Source: Octopus sinensis | Taxonomy: Eukaryota | NCBI RefSeq assembly: GCF_006345805.1 | Contig: NC_043008.1 | Coordinates: 54,498,001 to 54,562,000, forward strand | Reading direction: 5' to 3' | DNA: 64,000 nt | In this document: positions 49,763 through 63,250 of the stretch, piece after piece | How positions within the stretch are numbered: the stretch's first letter is position 1 | Layout of the letters: every line of letters starts with the position of its first letter | Translations under genes and position numbers: made by a program | Notes under the pieces: generated by a model | Told to the model about the DNA's origin: nothing | Database searches by the model: none | The model's input: only the letters and a program-made list of their open reading frames with translations

Positions 49763-51321
49763 TCACACACATTGAGTTATGTGTTTGTTATTTGCAGTTA
49801 CCTTAGCTCTATGATTAAGGGTATCTCTCTTCATAATACAATGTATTTATAACTGCATATGTGGCATATTTAGTGTGGCTGTGAATTTAGGACATTACGA
49901 TACATTCGTGTTCTAATTATGAATGAAAGATCAGTTTTTGATCAAGTAGATTCGTGATCAATGGCAGTCAAACCAATTTCCTCGTGTTTTCAGAAACAGT
50001 CTACTTCCAACTACGCTATATGTGTAGATCTTTTCGCTTTCTAGACGCTATGGTGTAGTTCAAAGAAATTTTGATTGCCATTTCTAGCAAGTTGAGAGAC
50101 CACATAAAGGTTTTGTATTCGTTGTGTGTACTGATCCTCTTAGCAACTTCCGATATATCAGCAATGGAGGTTTTTGATTGGCTAGAATGACTTAACTTTA
50201 AAAGCTTATAACTTCTTCATTAATTTGTAGAAAAATAAAATGAATGTGATTTTCGTTATCAGCATGCAAAAGTACAGCAGTGTAGACAATTTGGAAACAA
50301 TCAGATGAAAATTTGATATGCTTCAAGAGGTCGGTTGAAATTTAACAAAATCCTTAAATGTTTTGAAGGTTTTGTAACGTTTTTATTCGTAATTTCTTTG
50401 TATTTTCGTAACAATATAATCTAGAAAGTCAAAACATATGTTAAAAAAACATGGCACTTTTCATAACATTGTCAGGGTGTGTAGAGAATGAAGAGATATC
50501 ATTGTCTAAAATTACAAAATATTTCAATTTTTAATGGCTTGTAATTTTACATTTTTTCTCAAAAAAACAGTCATGGTTCCCATAATTAGAATGGAAAATT
50601 TCATATCTTTTATCTTTTATTTGTTAGTCAATGGACATTGGCCATACTGGGATACCGCCTCGAGGGATTTAATTGAACAAATAAACCCAGAGTTTAATTT
50701 TATAAGTCTGGAACTTATTCTATCAGTCTCTTTTATTGAACTGCTATGTTGTGGGGAGGTAAACAAACCAACCCCAATTGTCAAGCAGCAGTGGATGGGG
50801 ACACACATGCATATAGATGACCGCTGCCCGAATTCAGGACGCCATGATAGATCGTTAGCTCCTACACGCATTTTTTCTCTCCTTGATTCTCTCCCTGTTT
50901 TTTTTTCTGTGTATCTTTCTGTAGGCTCGAAACGTAAAAGACTTGTTCTATTTCTATTCCTGAGCGCCATACTAATACATTTGTTTTGTTTGTACTCCAC
51001 CTGCCTTCGTCTTTTGTTTATTTTCATAAACCTTCCCGTTATATAGATGACAGGTTTCTTTCTTTCACTCACAAGGCCTGGGCTATAGTAGAAGATATTT
51101 GCCTAAGGTGCCATGCATGGACTGAACTCAAATCTATGTGGTTGCAAAGCAACCATCATAACCACACAGTTCAGAAATTTCCAATAAAGTTAAATTCTGT
51201 GTATCATACTGTTAAGATCTGGAAGAATTGATCACATTTTGATACATATTTTGTTTTTAGAGTGAGACATCTTTCATTGCAGACACAAGGCAGCAATTTC
51301 CAAAAAGAATCAATTGTTTAA

Positions 51322-51526
51322 CCCTTTTGTTACCAATCTGGCTGAAACCAGCTCTGGCTCTGTAGTACAAAGGTCTTGTTTTCATAAGTCTTGTTTTCAT
51401 TAGTCACAATTTATGTTCCTAACACTGGCTGAATGATAACTAAGTTATTTTGATAAATTCTTTGTTATATTTAAAGTAATTGAAAAAAACACAGAGCATC
51501 TCAAAATAAATGCAGTAACGAAAGGG
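51322..51526. mobile_element. piggyBac-like MITE (205 bp)
   Basis: TTAA|cccttttgttac ... gtaacgaaaggg|TTAG: CCCTT termini and a TTAA-type target site. Confidence 0.6.
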
Positions 51527-52471
51527 TTAGGATAATCTGCTTTGAGACAATAAGCTCATGAGACTGCAACTTACCATAAGTACGGGAATGAAGTGTGCTC
51601 ACAGGGTGCAAACACAGGTACAAAATTTTTTACAAACAAGGTCGATTTTCACCAATCTTGATATCAGAACAAACACACGTATAATAATAATGATTGTTAT
51701 TATATTTGTACATAAGACAGTAACCTGACCGAATTGTTAGCATGCCGGACAAATGCGTTGTGAGTGTTTATTGAGTGAAAACACCTAAAAGCTCCACGAG
51801 GCTCCAGCAGGGGGGGGGGGCGATCCCAACTGTACTCTTTCGCCGCAACTTTCTCTCACTCTTTCTTCTGTTGGCCTGCTCGCTTAGCCAGCGGGGTGGA
51901 GTCATTTGAAGGCTAAAGCAATGCGAAGCGCATTGTGACCAGCGATGTGTAGCAACATCTGATAGCCTGATCGGTCACGGTGACGTTGACGGTGATATAT
52001 TTATTTATGTGTGTGTGTTTGTATTCCTGCCATCGCTTGAAAACCAATGTTGGTGTGTTTACGTCCCCGTAATCTAGCGATTCGGCATAAGTGACCGATG
52101 GAATAAAAGCACGAAGCTTACAAAGAACAAGTCTTGGGGTCGATTTCTTCGACTAAAACCGTTTAAGGCGGTGCTCCAGCATGGCCGCAGTCAAATGCCT
52201 GAAGCAAGTAAAAGAATAAAAGAATATATAGGCGCAGGAGTGGCTGTGTGGTAAGTAGCTTGTTTACCAACCACATGGTTCTGGGTTCAGTCCCACTACA
52301 TGGCACCTTGGGCAAGTGTCTTCTACCATAGCCTCGGGCCGACCAACGCCTTGTGAGTGGATTTAATAGACGGAAACTGAAAGAACCTGCCGTATATATG
52401 TATATATATATATATATTATATATATATATATTATATTATATATATATATATATTATATATATATATATAT

Positions 52472-52676
52472 ATAAAATTATTCGAGACAAAACCACTATT
52501 TTGCAAAACAAACAAGGAAAGACTGAATTATTGGAAGTCCACCTGAAGATTGTCGATCAAGACAAGAAAACGATTGTAGTGGCGGTTTTTTTTGACTATT
52601 TATTAAATTTATGTATTGATTAAGTCTTTCCTTGTTTGTTTGCAAAATAGTGGTTTTGTCTCGAATAATATTTTAT
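52472..52676. repeat. Hairpin element with about 46-bp near-perfect arms and about 98-nt spacer
   Basis: ttattcgagacaaaaccactattttgcaaaacaaacaaggaaagact versus its reverse complement at 52623-52668 (one A indel). Confidence 0.8.
52539..52582 (+). ncRNA. Candidate minimal type-I hammerhead ribozyme in the loop of a hairpin element
   Basis: CCAC CTGAAGA TTGTC gatcaa GACAA GAAA(A) C gatt G T A GTGG: helix I CCAC/GTGG, 5-bp helix II, GUA triplet, near-palindromic helix III acgat(t)gt. Deviations are an extra A and U-A rather than G-C at 10.1/11.1. Confidence 0.55.
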
Positions 52677-52751
52677 AATATTTTACTATAAAATCGATTT
52701 AATCCTAAATCTGATTTTTTCCCTGTAAATTTGGATTTATTCCCTAATATT

Positions 52752-52848
<97 letters not shown>

Positions 52849-52947
52849 AAAGTTAATCCAAACAAGAAAACACAGAAAAAAACACAGTAACGCGAGGACG
52901 TGGAACAATTAAAGTATTATTTGACGCTCAGGAAAGAAGAGAAGGAG

Positions 52948-52981
52948 GGTTAACGTTTCGAGCGGAGCTCTCCTCGGAAAC
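52948..52981 (-). ncRNA. Second copy of the CCGA-variant minimal hammerhead
   Basis: GTTT CCGAGGA GAGC tcc GCTC GAAA C G T T AACC; it lies in a repeat (about 52848-53030) homologous to 54740-54940. Confidence 0.45.
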
Positions 52982-53091
52982 AAGGAGAAGGAAGATCCCG
53001 AGAAGGGAAGACAGGAAAAAAATATTTTTGCTGGTGGTGCTCAAGAGATCACACAACACACACACACCATATATATATATATATAATATAT

Positions 53092-53128
<37 letters not shown>

Positions 53129-53694
53129 GCGTGAGTGTGTTTGTGTGTCTATGTTGTCCCCCTAGCATTGCTTGACAACCGATGCTGGTGTGTTTATGTC
53201 CCCGTTACTAGCGGTTCGGCAAAAAGAGACCGATAGAATACGTACTGGGCTTACAAAAGAATAAGTCCCGGGGTCGAGTTGCTCGATTAAAGGCGGTGCT
53301 CCAGCATGGCCGCAGTCTGAAATGACTGAAACAAGTCAAAGAAAGCAAGAAAGAAAAAGAATAGTAAAAGTAAATTGTAAGAAAGTAAAAGGAAAAAACA
53401 ATCGTTTTATTGAAACGTTTATCTAAAAAGGAATGATCAGACTTTAATAAAAAACAATTAAATGAAAAGGAAAGCTATAATATAAAGAAAGGCGAAAGAG
53501 AAAATACGAGGAAGAAAAGAAAATTTAATTAGTCACAGAAATATAAAAGCAAGGAAATAAAAATAAAAGAATTTATTATTTTGACAGGCTGAACAAACTG
53601 ATACGTGCCGTTTGTTTTGTCTTATATGACACTGATGATTGTGACCAAATGAAAGCGTGCGGACGTGTGTGTGTGTGTGTGTGGTTGTGTGTGT

Positions 53695-53725
<31 letters not shown>

Positions 53726-54463
53726 GTGCGTGTGCGTGTCTGTGAGAGGACACAGATTTATCTTTCTATCTATCTATCTATCTAACTATCTATCTATCTA
53801 TCTATCTATCTCTCTATCTACACATAAAATAACCATGTATATACATGTATATATATAATATACATGTCACACACACACACACATATATAAAGAAAGAGGG
53901 GGAGAGATATGTTTGTACATGATTATATATATATATCATATATATATATATATTTATAAATGTATACATTGATATAATGCATACGTATATATATATATAT
54001 ATATCTTTCATAGTTGTCCAATCTCCTCTTTCTCATACACTCTCTCTCTATGTGTGTGTGTGTGTTCGTATATGTTTATACATAGAATCCATCCATATAA
54101 TAAGTATATATATCTGTGCGTATATGTACACACATGCATACACATATACAAACATACACACACATATACAAAGAGTAGTTACTGGTAACTGTTGGCTATT
54201 CTCTAGACCAGCCGATTCCTGTCTTGGTTCCTAATTTGACAACTGCCTCAGTTTTTGTTGTTTTCATTATTTTTCCTTATTAAAATCACAGCAAGTCTGA
54301 AGCAGAAACGAAGTTGAGAATTATCCAAACGGGCTTATTGTTTGTTAACCATGATGTACTTTATAAATGGGACAAAATTCTCGTTATGTGCATGGTGTGT
54401 GTGCGCAAACATATATATGTATGCACACCGTGTATACATACGGTGTGTGTACATATACATGTT

Positions 54464-54503
<40 letters not shown>

Positions 54504-54651
54504 TTTTCCCTTATGGTAAGATAAACAAAATAGTACTCCATTTATTAAATGACATATATACATAGATACACACACACAAAGTTTTTAAATATTGAAATCT
54601 CCGTGACTTCTGATCCATCCTGTGTATATATACATATATATATACTGTGTG

Positions 54652-54685
<34 letters not shown>

Positions 54686-54801
54686 TGTATGTATGTATGT
54701 ATGTATGTATGTATGTATGTATGTATTTAAATGTAACTACACGTGGTCTGTTGGCGATTCCCCCCCCCTTCTTCCTTTTTCTTTGAACTTTCCTGTTTCC
54801 T

Positions 54802-54836
54802 GTTTCCGAAGAAGAGCCATACTCGAAACGTAAAAC
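54802..54836 (+). ncRNA. Candidate minimal hammerhead (CCGA core variant, loop-less ACGT helix III)
   Basis: GTTT CCGAAGA a GAG ccata CTC GAAA C G T A AAAC: helix I GTTT/AAAC, helix II GAG/CTC, GUA triplet. Confidence 0.5.
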
Positions 54837-54958
54837 AACCACTCCTCTCTTTCTCTAAGCGTCTGATTAATACTTTACATGTTCTACGTTCTCACGATGT
54901 TGTTTTTTTCTTGTTTTTTCACCGTTACTTGAATTAACTGTGTGTGTGTGTATACACG

Positions 54959-55330
54959 CAGGGTGGGCCAGAAATCACGAAGCGATTTCAATATTTAATA
55001 ACAATTTTTTAAAAATTAATTTCTTTTAATTTTTTTTTTACAGATTTTATAAAGAAAGAGTAATTATGGAAAAGTTCACGGCCGAACAGCGAACGCCGAT
55101 TGTGAAGTTTTAAAACTTTTACCAAAGATCGATAATTATAATTCAATGAACATATTGTTGCCCTTCACAGCACGATAGATTCTCCAAGCGAATCAATGAT
55201 TAGACGTTTGACTGGTCGTTTTCAGGGACAGGTTTCAAAATGACCTTTCCACGAACTGGCAGACTCCGCTCTATGAGGAACGAAGTCACAGTCTGGCGTG
55301 TAAGGGGCAGTGTTGGATGCTGAATTAAAA
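54959..55330 (+). mobile_element. Tc1/mariner-superfamily 5' remnant (TIR plus HTH start)
   Basis: Begins cagggtgggccagaaatcac; ATG at 55066 gives MEKFTAEQRTPIVKF, then degraded SMIRRL..RF and PRTGR.RS motifs. Confidence 0.5.
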
Positions 55331-56143
55331 CTGTTAGCCTTACAAAGCAATACAGTCAATGTCTCTGAGCAGAGCCTATAAGAAGGGTGTTAAATCTTTG
55401 GATTTGTCAGGGAGCTAGAGCGCTAAGGAGGGTTTCATAACATCTGGCGACGTTTGCCCTAAAAAATAGAAAGAAGACCGATATAATAAAGAATTAAAAA
55501 CTCAGGCTCTAAAATCAGGTCTCGTCCCGCCTTGCAAACTGTCTCTTCAGTATGTATGTATGTATGTATGTATGTATGTATGTATGTATGTATGTATGTA
55601 TGTATGTATGTATGTATGAATTCACTGCACCACTGTTGGTTATGTGGGAAGCTAAACCCCATGATGCAACACAACAAATGGTTCATAACCATGTAATTTC
55701 AGATTCAGTCACACAGCACGGTACTTAGAGAAAGTACCTTCTACTAAAGCCCAGTGCTTACCAATGCCTTCTGGGTGAGTTTGGTTGGCAGAATCCACGT
55801 GGAAATCTGTTGGGCCATTCTTGCCCAACGACTTAAACCCACGGTCACTAACAACATGCTATACTAAATCCGAGCGAAACAGAGTTCATTTAACGAGATA
55901 CCTCTTATTACATCACCTGACGAAATGCTTCCGCACCGAGGGATGCACCACAACAAGATGTATAGTTTCCCACCCACGAGGGATCAATGCAGAATGTGTT
56001 GAAACGGTTGTTGTGAGCAATAAAGTTTCCCCAGTATTCCATTTCATTCTATCATTTATTTTATACTCAACGTACACTGAGGAATTCCCGAGGTAGATCC
56101 AGCGACAATTGTGTAATTACCAAGAACGATGTCAAGATACAAG

Positions 56144-56182
<39 letters not shown>

Positions 56183-56480
56183 TGTGTCTGAAATGATGCT
56201 GGTGTTATATATATCAAAAGTAATCTTTGTATCCAACTTAACATGGATGCCTTGTTAGAACACCAAATTCTGCGTTATTAGTCTTCAGGGACACTCTTTT
56301 ATAGGTGATTAATCCATAAAAGCACACACAGAGATTGTAGCAGACGAAAATCGTCTGTCATGGGCACTGGAATTCGCATATCACGTGATTTTGGTTTACG
56401 AGACTTCATCAGTGAAAAGCACCGGTCACTGCATACCAGTCAAATCTTGCCATGAACGAAGAAATATTAATTTCAAATCT

Positions 56481-56642
56481 AGGTACAGGTGTGGTTGTGT
56501 GGTAAGAAGCTTGCTTCCCAACCACATGGTTCCGGGTTCAGTCCCACTGCGTGGCACCTTGGGCAAGTGTCTTCTACTATAGCCTCGGGCCGACCAATCC
56601 TTGTGAGTGGATTTGGTAGACGGAAACTGAAAGAATCTCATC

Positions 56643-56679
<37 letters not shown>

Positions 56680-56862
56680 CACGTATTTGTGTGTGTGTGT
56701 TTTGTCCCCCCCCCCCATCGCTTGACAATCGGCAAAAAAACTGATACAATAAGTACTAGGCTTGCAAAGAATAAGTCCTGGGGTCGATTTGTACGACTAA
56801 AGGCGGCGCTCCAGCATGGCCGCAGTCAATGATTGAAAACAAGTAGAAGAGTATAAGAGTAA
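56481..56862 (+). mobile_element. SINE family A
   Basis: Near full-length. Confidence 0.85.
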
Positions 56863-57392
56863 AAAAAGCGTAACGACAGAAATTTTGGGAGAGGGCATAA
56901 GTCGATTACATCGACCCCCAATACTCAACTGGTACTTATTTTGTCGACGTCGAAGACTGACGAAATGCTGCTACTAAGCATTTGGCCCAGCATGCTACCG
57001 ATTCTGCTTGCTAGCAGACTTTGGACGAAGAAATATTGAAGTGATGCAATAAATATGTCGGCCAATTGGGAAAGGAAATTTTAAAAAAGGTGAAAATATT
57101 CGTGTCAGAACTGAATTCACTACAAAAGGAGTATATTAAAAAAATTTACTTCTGGTGGTGGTGGGAAATGACGATCGTGGTGGTGGTGGTGGTGGTGTTG
57201 GTGGTGGTTGTGATGGTTACAGTGGTGGTTTTGGTGGTGGTGACGGCCGTGCTGATAAAATTAACTTTGGTACAGTTTTTTTTTTTTTTTAAAAAGAAGA
57301 TGAATAAAACAATTTTAAGTCCTTTCGCACGACTAAATTCCGAGTTTAATAATAGGGGTCAGGAAAGGTCACCCGGCCAAACACGTTCGACA

Positions 57393-57393
<1 letters not shown>

Positions 57394-57456
<63 letters not shown>

Positions 57457-57531
57457 TAATAATAATAATAATGATGATGATAATAATGATGATGATGATG
57501 ATAAATAATAGTAAAAATAACAATAATAATA

Positions 57532-57595
<64 letters not shown>

Positions 57596-57675
57596 CAATA
57601 ATAATAACAACAATAATAATAATGGAAAACACTCGGCGAGAAACGGAAGAAAATTTGAAGAAAGAAGGAAAAAAC

Positions 57676-57733
<58 letters not shown>

Positions 57734-57774
57734 TGATGATAATAATAATAATAGCAATAATAATAATAACGATA

Positions 57775-57836
<62 letters not shown>

Positions 57837-57842
57837 ATTAAT
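57394..57842. repeat. Long (AAT)n/(GAT)n compound trinucleotide microsatellite
   Basis: Direct reading. Confidence 0.97.
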
Positions 57843-57989
57843 GACTTCAAGGAAGACAATATAAAGACAGACATAAAGTGTGTGTGTGTGTGGGGGGGTT
57901 ACATATAATGAAATGATTAAAAAAAGAAAGAAAGAAAGTATACACGGTATACACCGAAAAAGAAGGGATATATGCATAACATACAAAAG

Positions 57990-58670
57990 TTTTTTTATAA
58001 AAAGTGGCAGGGAGGATAATAAAGGTGTGGCCCTCCTGATACTGTAGGGCCTCTTTGGAAAATCGGGGAACCCCACTGTCCGAGATTTCCCTGAAACCCT
58101 AGGAGCAAGTGCCCTCTCCAATTCCTTCTTTCTGACTCACAGGTCTATGCTTACAGAGGTACCATTCTCTTGCCATTTTAGCAACTTTTACTCACCTTTC
58201 AATAAACTTACTCGAGGACAGCACTTCACTCTCCATTCTCAATTTCCTTTTCAAGTGACACTTGAAGAATCAATGAGAGCTGTACCAAAGAGAAATGTAT
58301 CTGTCCTCATGCTTTTCAACCTTGTTCACCAAACAACCTCTTTTGCCACAGCCACCAGGCAAAGGTAAACTGCCTTGCCTGTCCGATTGAAGGAGGGCGA
58401 TGGTGCGATCATCACTACAAATTCAGCCGATAGATGGATCCGTCCTTCACGTGACAGCAGCTGTTCGACATAACCTCACAAATCACCAATGCCTGGACAT
58501 TGAACAGGGGCGTGCAGAACGGTTTCATCCCTCTGCACGCACCTCGGACAAGCCCGTCTGACAGAACATCCGTGCCTATAGAATTTATCTCGAACCGGTA
58601 ACGCCCTCCAGTAGCACTGTCAGGCCAAGGATATCTGGAAATTATCCATGCTAGTTCTCAACCGGAACAG
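57990..58670 (-). mobile_element. Second L1/Tx1-clade LINE fragment, same family as 6040-7130
   Basis: The reverse complement of 58260-58380 matches 6985-7100 (gtttactt...gtggacaaagctgaaaggcatgaggacagatacat). Confidence 0.7.
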
Positions 58671-58696
58671 ACTATCCATGATACTTATATGCAACC

Positions 58697-58825
<129 letters not shown>

Positions 58826-59228
58826 CAGACATTTACCTACTTACATTCCTTTGTGAACTTAAAAAAAAAAACAACTCCTAGACCTGAAGCTGACACACCT
58901 AAACAGACATGTGCGATTACAAAGTTTTATACGCACGACTGAACTCTGAACAATAACACAACTCTGCCTTCCATCAATAAAAACCTTTGTGATATCTTTC
59001 CATCAGAACTTACCCTACAGTTCAATTTAATTATCATTCTACAGAGCGCTACCTATACTAGAATAAATAAACTTACCAACGACTATACAAAGCGAAGATG
59101 AACTTGAATGTATCAGTTCGTTGAAGGCTAGCAGGCCGAAACTGCGATGTCACAGTCAACACTACCTCTGTAAAAGACTGCGTGTATACACAATCTGAAA
59201 TATTGAGTTTTTATAGGCGAAAGCATTG

Positions 59229-59645
59229 GGATCTTTTCGGTTTGAACGGCAGTTTTTTCTAGCGGTGTCATATGAAATTGTCACCCATAATTACGACCCT
59301 AGAATCAATCTATTGCATTTCAATCTCTTTTAGGGTTAGGGTTAGGGGTGGGGGAAGGGTATCTTTTTTTCTTCACAAATGTAAATAATCTGTTTATTAA
59401 ACGAGGGACATATTCATACGGCACAGAATGTTTTTTTTTTACCTCAATAGACGTCAGTGATTGGTTGAAATTGCAGAAATTGAAGAAAAAAAACAACAAC
59501 AAATATCTTACAAATTATAGAATTTTCTCAATAAAGCCAAGAGAAAAAGATGTTTTATAAACACATTCAACCAGTATACGAAGTTTAAAATTTTTTAGTT
59601 ACCTAGAAATTATGTTAAAAACTGCCGTTCAAACCGAAAAGATTG
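59229..59645. mobile_element. MITE of the same terminal family as 47090-47892
   Basis: TIRs ggatcttttcggtttgaacggcagtttt / aaaactgccgttcaaaccgaaaagat; internal ttagggttagggttagggg; flanks aagcattg / aaacattg may be a mutated 8-bp TSD. Confidence 0.7.
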
Positions 59646-60512
59646 GAAACATTGTTTACAAATAAAAAGTAATTTTAACTGCTTTGTTTAGTTTGCATAT
59701 TGCCTTAATATTTCAAATAAAATCAAGTTCGTATGCATGCGTGCGTGCGTAAGTGTGTGTGTAACAGGAGAAACAGAATTCAATACATGTGTATGTGAGT
59801 TACGGACAAATCTGCGGTCCGAGGAATTTTCCGAATATCTTATCTAACGAAAAGTTACCTGTAATTTTTTTTTAGTAGTGCGGCCCGATAGATGATGAGC
59901 AATGCCTCATGCAGCCCGCTTCTCGAAAAAAAAAAAAAACGTTACCCAAGCATGAATGATGCAGACTTGATTATCATTTTCTAAGAAACAAATAATAAAG
60001 TGTGTGTGTGTAGGGGGGGGGGTGTAAATGTGTAAAGATGATGGGAAAGAAGAAGAGTTAAGATAATTGGTTATGCTGCAGTAACTAAAGTCTATCCATA
60101 TTATATGGTCACAGTTCGTGCTAGAAGACGTAAATATAAATACAATGTATCTATGTTTCTGTTTATCTTTACTAAGTATCTATGACGATATTTTCAGACA
60201 TACAGTATGGCCGACCAGTTAATTGACAACAATGGTGTTATGTATATATATATATATGTATATATATTTATATATATATGTATATATATATTTATATATA
60301 TATGTATATAAAATGAATATGTATGGATGTATGTATGTATATATATATATATATTCATATATTCATATATACATGAATATGATAGATGTATATGTATATT
60401 TATATATATGTATATATATATACTTTATTAAGAAACAGCAAAAATATCACAAAAACTTGCTCATTTTCATGTTCCACTTCGTCGGACAGTTTCGTTTAGA
60501 ATGTGTATATAA

Positions 60513-60568
<56 letters not shown>

Positions 60569-60569
60569 T

Positions 60570-61500
60570 GGCGAAGTTTCGCATGTCGTAGCTCAGATTT
60601 CCGTCGATTTCCGTAAAAAAACTTTTATTTTTTTACATAAGTAATGAGAGCGAAAGAGACTAAGAGGAAGCAATTTTATGACGAGGGAAGTTTGTCTTTG
60701 AAGTTACCGTCTAGGGGAAGCATTGATGTACATGTGTGTTGTGTTTGATGGGGTGTGGGAGACAGTATGTTGTGTAAGTGAAGTGCTTCTGTTAGTGTGT
60801 GCGAAGAGACAGAGAGAGTAATGTGTGAAAGAGAGAGATAACTGATTTTTTACTCGGTGTATGTGTATATGCATGTATGTGTGTTGTATGTATCTATGTA
60901 TGTGTGTGTGTGTAAGTATGTGTGTGTGTATGTATGTATGTATGGCCGATTTATCGTAATTTTTTACTCGGTGTATGTGTATATGTATGTCTGCATGTAT
61001 GTGTGTGTGTATGTATCTGTGTATGTGTGTGTGTGTATGTATGTATGTGTGTATGTATGTATGGTCGATTCAGTGTAATTTTTTACTCGGTGTATGTGTA
61101 TATGTATGTCTGCATGTATGTGTGTGTGTGTGTATGTATCTATGTGTGTGTAAGTATGTGTGTGTGTATGTATGTATGTATGTATGTGGTGTGTGTATGT
61201 ATCTATGTATGTGTGTGTGTGTATGTATGTATGTATGGCCGATTCATCGTAATTTTTTACTCGGTGTATGTGTATATGTATGTCTGTCTCTTCGCACACT
61301 AACAGAAGCACTTCACTTACACAACATACTGTCTGTCCCCCACACCCCATCAAACACACACAGGCCGACTTCAAAGTGAAACCTTCTCGTCGTAAAATCG
61401 CTTCCTCTTAGTCTCTTTCGCTCTCATTACTTATGTAAAAAAATAAAAGTTTTTTACGGAAATCGACGGAAATCTGTGCTACTACAACCGAAACTATGCC
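60570..61500. mobile_element. Fold-back element with arms of about 200-240 bp and a central tandem array; related to 24475-24896
   Basis: The arms share tttccgtcgatttccgtaaaaaac and the cactaacagaagcacttcacttacacaacatactgtc module. The motif ttttttactcggtgtatgtgtatatg recurs 4 times centrally (about 60846, 60960, 61080, 61254). Confidence 0.75.
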
Positions 61501-61509
61501 ATATAGGGC

Positions 61510-61542
<33 letters not shown>

Positions 61543-61599
61543 GTATGTATGTATATGTATATGTATATGTATGTATGTATATGTATGTATGTATATATG

Positions 61600-61631
<32 letters not shown>

Positions 61632-61711
61632 TGTATGTATGTATGTATGTATATATATATATACATGTATACACACATATATGTATGTATACATGTATAT
61701 ATGTGTGTGTA

Positions 61712-62165
61712 TAAAATCTTCCTGCCAAATTGTTAATGTCAGTTGATGACGAATAACACTTAACGTCTTAGTAATGACAGACGGTCCGCTACCAAACTTC
61801 TGTCTGAATGTCTGTCTATCACCACGGCCTGAAAACGGATCCAGAACCTGGTGTATGCGTTCGTTCCTCGCTGTGTCCCTGAGATCTTCGAACACTTGCT
61901 TGATCTTGGCCGCCAGCTCAACCTTGCTGTTGCAGGCAGAAGAGTTGGTGTCTTTCTTGACTGTGCTCCACTCATGGTAATCAATGGGATTAAAATCGGG
62001 GAAATTAGGAGGTCTGAAATTGGCTCTGATGAAATCCACTCCTTACTCTTTCCGGGGGTTAAAAAAGGAGTCGAATGCTACTGCCTCATGTATGGCCATT
62101 CATCAGCACTCCTCTCCTGCCAGGATTTGACCACAATCTCTAACAGCCTCACATAGCCGTCTGAA
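61712..62165 (-). mobile_element. Tc1/mariner (maT-like) transposase C-terminal fragment
   Basis: [44 protein letters not shown] matches the WPPNSPDLNPLDY..W motif. Confidence 0.7.
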
Positions 62166-62547
62166 TTGGTATTTATTTTATTAGTCTTTTTTGCTAAAAT
62201 GCTAAGTTATGGGGTCGTAAATAAACCAATACTGGTTATTAAGCGGCGGGAGAAAAGACACAAACATACACACACGCATTTATTTTCGACGGGCTTTTTC
62301 ATGCAATGGGATTGAGGTTGACACCACGTGGTTAGGAAATATGTGTGTGTGTGTGTGTGTGTGTGTATTTCTATCTTCGAATCGCATTGTTTACATAGAC
62401 GTGCTCGTATACGAAACGTCGTAACTTGCAGTGATGGCTCAGAATTCTATAAAAAATACTATAAACTATAAAGATATGTGTACATGCGTGCGCGCATATG
62501 TACAGAAGTAATCAAAAGGAAGTGCTACTCAGCATATTTGACAGAAA

Positions 62548-63250
62548 TCTCTATATATAAAACAAAAAGATATGTGTGTATGTGTCTCTGTCTGTTGTGC
62601 ATATGCATTTCTACAGTTTTCAACCGATTTTCACCAAACTTTATACACATATTACTTATGTGCCAAGGATGGCCATGCGCCATAACATTTTGCCCAGAAC
62701 TCCCGCGTAATGCGAGAAACCGACCGAGGAAAATGGTGTTTCATATAGGTTTTTCTCTAAAAACTGAAGTTTTCAACCGATTCTCTCCCTTTGACCTCTG
62801 CAGTTCCCAAGCGAGTCTCTCCTTTTTCTTTCTCTGTTTATTTATCTCTTCTCTTTCTTTTTCTCACTTTTACCCTCTGTAATACTTCCTCTCTTTAAGT
62901 CTATTTCTGTTTTTCTCTCTCTTTCTCTCTGAAATTTGACTTCAATGATTTCAATTTTGTCGTGCGTAAATATCTTTGTCTTCACGCAATTTGTACGTTC
63001 TCCCTACAATATTACTTTACTTATTTGAAATCTTTTGCACTCCGTCTATCTAAATGCACTATTTATATTTCTCCCTCTATCGAAAACCGCTGCGATACAG
63101 CTGGTAAGCCTTCATTACTAACCAATGATAATTCAACCACGCCACTAAACGTTCATGCGTTAGAAAAAGATATTCTAAAGTGACTCAAGTTTTTTCACTC
63201 AAGCTATTTTTTCTACAGCTTTATGCGCTGAAATGGGGTTGGTAATTTCT
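62548..63250 (+). mobile_element. Helitron-like 5' portion
   Basis: A|TCTCTATATATAAAAC start and a duplicated gttttcaaccgatt motif; 3' CTAG end not identified, so the right boundary is approximate. Confidence 0.45.

Larger units (their letters stand above)
52231..53345 (+). mobile_element. SINE family A interrupted in its internal (TA)n by two hammerhead-bearing repeats
   Basis: 5' half at 52231-52398, 3' half at 53128-53345. Confidence 0.75.

Noticed and set aside
50534-51072. Overlapping 170-aa and 151-aa ORFs
   Set aside because: They run across SINE-A remnants and another repeat, so they are a patchwork of TE sequence.
56350-56415. CTGATGA motif on the minus strand
   Set aside because: No helix II-GAAA-NUH arrangement could be folded.
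59115-59155. Hammerhead-like ...ttgaaggct agc aggccgaaac tgcgat gtc
   Set aside because: The CTGANGA core is destroyed and helix I is not evident.
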